Below are positions 61,440 through 64,000 of a stretch of 64,000 bases of DNA, in pieces. Source of the stretch: an uncultured Acidimicrobiaceae bacterium. Its GTDB lineage: Bacteria; Actinomycetota; Acidimicrobiia; Acidimicrobiales; Bog-793. The notes under the pieces are model-generated. The model was given only the letters and a program-made list of their open reading frames with translations, had not been told where the DNA came from and did not search any database. How positions within the stretch are numbered: position 1 is the first letter of the stretch; each line of letters opens with the position of its first letter. The stretch covers positions 541,885 through 605,884 of the forward strand of contig CAWJBM010000002.1 of assembly GCA_963841155.1 (NCBI GenBank). The letters are read 5' to 3'. The position numbers were made by a program, and so were the translations under genes.

Positions 61440-62846
61440 ATGGTCAAAAGCGAGATGGCCTCGCTCACCTTCGACCCGACGCAGTCCGCGAAGCGGGACG
61501 GCTCGCGCCGCCGCCCGGCCGTCTCCCGACCCGGGCCGGCTCCGCGGCCGGGCGTCACCGAGGTCGCGACCGCCGTGGCCTGGCTCGGCTTCGGGGCGTG
61601 CATCGCCCTAGCGGTGACCGCCGAGACCTGGAAGCAGCTCGAGGCGGCGGGGGGCGTCGCCATGTTCCTCGGCAACCTGACGGGCCTGGCCGGGAGCTAC
61701 CTGGCCCTTGTCATGGTGCTCCTCGTCGGCCGGGTCCCGGTGGTCGAACGGGTCCTCGGGCAGGACAAGCTGCTCGCCTCGCACCGCCGCCTAGCGCCTT
61801 GGCCCATCTCGCTCATCCTCGCCCATGCCGTGCTACTGACACTTGCCTACGCCGAGGCGGCCCGGACGGGCGTGTGGCACCAGTTCGCCACATTCCTCGC
61901 CTCGTACCCCGACATGGTCACAGCGACCGTCGCCCTAGGGCTGATGGTCGCCATCGCGGGCACGTCGGTCTACTCGATCCGCCGACGCATGCGCCGGGAG
62001 AGATGGTGGGCGGTCCACCTGTTCATGTACCTGGCCCTGGCTCTCGCCTTCGCGCACGAGATCGCCCTCGGGCCGTCGTTCGTGGGTCACCCACTGACGC
62101 GCCTCGTCTGGTCCCTGGCCTGGGCGTCCACGGCGGGCGTCGTGCTCGTCTACCGTTTCGGACTGCCTGCGTGGCGGAGCTTGCGTCACCGCCTCGAGGT
62201 CGTGGAGATCCACCAGGAGGGGCCGGACACGGTCTCGGTCGTCTGCCGCGGCCGGCACCTGGACCGCCTCGCTGTGGCGGGCGGGCAGTTCTTCGAGTGG
62301 CGCTTCCTTACAAGGGGAATGTGGTGGCAGGCGCATCCGTTCTCGCTTTCGGCCCGGCCACGACCGCCCTTTCTCCGCCTCACGGTTAAGGGCATCGGTG
62401 ACTACTCCTCGGCCGTGGCCCAGCTGCAGCCGGGCACCCGCGTGGCGATCGAAGGTCCCTACGGGGCCTTCACGGCGCATCACCGCCGTCGGGCGAAGGT
62501 GGCGCTCATCGCCGGAGGTGTCGGTGTGACGGCGATCCGTTCCCTGCTCGAGGACCTTCCCCGCAACTGCGATCCGGTCGTGGTCCTCCGGGCTTCCCAC
62601 GCCGACGACGTCGTCCTGGCATCGGAGGTGACCGAGCTCGTCCGCCACCGCAAGGGCCGGGTCCACGAGCTCATCGGCTCTCGCTCCGAGGTGCGTCTCG
62701 ACCGCCTCTTCGAGCTCGTCCCCGACATGTGGGACCGGGACGTCTACGTGTCGGGACCCGAGGGCTTCGTCAACCGGGTCGTCGCGACCCTGGCGCGCCG
62801 TGGCGTCCCCGACGACGCCGTCCACTTCGAGGTCTACTCCCTGTGA
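61440..62846 (+). CDS. Ferric reductase-like transmembrane protein with FAD- and NAD-binding domains
   Basis: A six-TM region carries conserved His residues (LILAHAVLL, WAVHLFMYLALALAFAHE). AHPFSLS marks the FAD site and VALIAGGVGVTAIRSL the NAD site. Confidence 0.8.
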   Translation: MVKSEMASLTFDPTQSAKRDGSRRRPAVSRPGPAPRPGVTEVATAVAWLGFGACIALAVTAETWKQLEAAGGVAMFLGNLTGLAGSYLALVMVLLVGRVPVVERVLGQDKLLASHRRLAPWPISLILAHAVLLTLAYAEAARTGVWHQFATFLASYPDMVTATVALGLMVAIAGTSVYSIRRRMRRERWWAVHLFMYLALALAFAHEIALGPSFVGHPLTRLVWSLAWASTAGVVLVYRFGLPAWRSLRHRLEVVEIHQEGPDTVSVVCRGRHLDRLAVAGGQFFEWRFLTRGMWWQAHPFSLSARPRPPFLRLTVKGIGDYSSAVAQLQPGTRVAIEGPYGAFTAHHRRRAKVALIAGGVGVTAIRSLLEDLPRNCDPVVVLRASHADDVVLASEVTELVRHRKGRVHELIGSRSEVRLDRLFELVPDMWDRDVYVSGPEGFVNRVVATLARRGVPDDAVHFEVYSL

Positions 62847-62898
62847 ACCGCCCTTACCGGTGCCTCACGGACCAGGAGATGCTGTGGAGGCTCGCGCC

Positions 62899-63351
62899 AT
62901 GAGACGCGTAGGAACCGTCGCCGCCAGCGTCGCCGGCTTTGCGGGCATCGTCGCCATGCACGCGGGCAGCGCCCCCTCGCTCTCGGGCGCCACCGCTCCC
63001 CCGGCGCCGGTCAGCTCCGCTCCGGGCTCGACGACGCCCGGCGCCACGACAGTTCCCACGACCACGGCCGCGACGGGGACGGCCGTCGGGACGAGCGAAC
63101 AGTACGGCTACGGGGTGCTCGCCGTGAAGGTCACCGAGCAGTCCGGACACATCACCGACGTGTCGGTGGCGAACCTGCAGACCGCCGAGCAGTACTCCCA
63201 GAACCTCGCCCAGCAGATCATACCGATGCTCCGCCGCGAGGTCCTCTCGGCCCAGAACGCCCAGATCAACGCCATCTCGGGGGCCACCTACACGAGCGAG
63301 GCCTACGCCGCCTCCGTCCAGTCAGCGCTCGACGCGCTCGCAGCGAAGTGA
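62899..63351 (+). CDS. Secreted FMN-binding domain protein
   Basis: A signal/TM segment and a Pro/Thr-rich linker are followed by GVLAVKVTEQSGHITDV..INAISGATYTSEAY, the FMN_bind flavinylation motif. Confidence 0.75.
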   Translation: MRRVGTVAASVAGFAGIVAMHAGSAPSLSGATAPPAPVSSAPGSTTPGATTVPTTTAATGTAVGTSEQYGYGVLAVKVTEQSGHITDVSVANLQTAEQYSQNLAQQIIPMLRREVLSAQNAQINAISGATYTSEAYAASVQSALDALAAK

Positions 63352-63361
63352 CGCCGCCGGG

Positions 63362-64000
63362 GTGATTGTCCACGTCGAAGCCGTCATGGGCACGATGTTC
63401 TCTTTTCACGTGGAGCCAGACGAGTGCCCGGGCGCCGAGGCGACGGCGGCCATCGCCTCGGCTTGCACGAGGTTGCACGAGCTGGACGCCATCTTCAGCA
63501 CCTGGAAGCCACGGAGCCCGATGAGCATGGTCCGGGCCGGGCTGCTCCACCTCGACGATGCCCCGCGCGAGATGGCCCTTGTGGTCGAGTTGTGCGAGGA
63601 GGCGAGGGCACTCTCGAAGGGTTGGTTCGATCCCTGGGCCATGCCCGGCGGCTTCGACCCGACGGGCCTCGTGAAAGGGTGGGCAGCGGCGGAGGCACTC
63701 AAGATTCTGCGGCTCGCCGGCGTCAAAGCGGCCATGGTCAACGGCGGCGGCGACATCGCCGTCCTCGGGTCGCCCGCAAAGACCCCCGCCTGGCGGATCG
63801 GCATCCGCCATCCGTGGAGAGCCGAGGCGCTTGCCTGCGTGCTCGAGATCGACAGCGCCGTGGCCACCTCGGGTTGTTACGAGCGGGGGCCGCACCTCAT
63901 CAACCCCAAGGACGGACGAATGATGTTCGCAACAGCCTCGGCGAGCGTCCTCGGGGCGAACCTGGGCATCTGTGACGCCCTCGCCACCGCCCTCGTGGTC
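63362..64000 (+). CDS. apbE: FAD:protein FMN transferase (ApbE family), 3' end off the window
   Basis: My translation reads VIVHVEAVMGTMFSFHVE..LHELDAIFSTWKPRSPMS..GWFDPW..FDPTGLVKGWA..AMVNGGGDIAV..WRIGIRHP..AVATSG. The ORF is not in the track because it has no stop inside the window. Confidence 0.8.
   Translation, partial: MIVHVEAVMGTMFSFHVEPDECPGAEATAAIASACTRLHELDAIFSTWKPRSPMSMVRAGLLHLDDAPREMALVVELCEEARALSKGWFDPWAMPGGFDPTGLVKGWAAAEALKILRLAGVKAAMVNGGGDIAVLGSPAKTPAWRIGIRHPWRAEALACVLEIDSAVATSGCYERGPHLINPKDGRMMFATASASVLGANLGICDALATALVV

Noticed and set aside
58122-62389. ORFs 58122..59174 (-) and 60620..62389 (+), which overlap the GT51, kinase, regulator and ferric reductase genes
   Set aside because: They are Arg/Pro/Gly-rich shadow ORFs. 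The alternative frames and strands carry canonical motifs.

Overview
This is a GC-rich chromosomal segment of actinobacterial type. Most genes gave about 65-75% GC in hand-counted 60-nt lines. The actinobacterial call rests on an Lsr2-like gene, a PP2C/Ser-Thr kinase pair, and abundant GC3-driven shadow ORFs. Gene order, left to right: (1) recC (partial) and sppA. (2) A minus-strand signalling operon: PP2C, STPK, a glutamine-synthetase-like gene, and a PBP/PAS/GGDEF protein. (3) An APC permease and a polar amino-acid ABC transporter. (4) Two GH130-like genes with a duplicated 5' segment. (5) A lower-GC purine block (about 53-63% in sampled lines): purC, then purE-purF-purN-purD, a purM-like gene and a single-chain large purL. 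(6) A frameshifted Lsr2-like gene. (7) pyrR-pyrB-pyrC-carA-carB with a leader terminator, followed by a lower-GC pyrD, pyrE-like and pyrF block. (8) nfi. (9) The most unusual element, a five-gene minus-strand operon at 46549-53479 in which the first four genes are joined by ATGA overlaps and the fifth abuts or overlaps the fourth. It encodes a 712-aa protein with alpha-CTD-like and sigma-r4-like helices, a 266-aa unknown, a 320-aa apparent paralog of the ATPase that lacks a P-loop, a DUF2791/BrxD-like P-loop ATPase, and a DECH-box SF2 helicase. I cannot assign it to a named system. (10) An accessory patch: a DUF4143 AAA ATPase, two IstB fragments, a pRiA4b ORF-3-like gene, a broken HTH gene and a degenerate tRNA-Gly-like sequence. 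(11) Membrane proteins, an RR-HK-GT51 transglycosylase operon, and a ferric-reductase/FMN-binding/ApbE cluster. Five genes show single frame breaks (recC, sppA, the lsr2-like gene, an istB fragment, a small HTH gene), which means either indel errors or pseudogenisation. I saw no rRNA, intact tRNA or CRISPR array. All calls come from reading the translations and DNA by eye; no searches were run.
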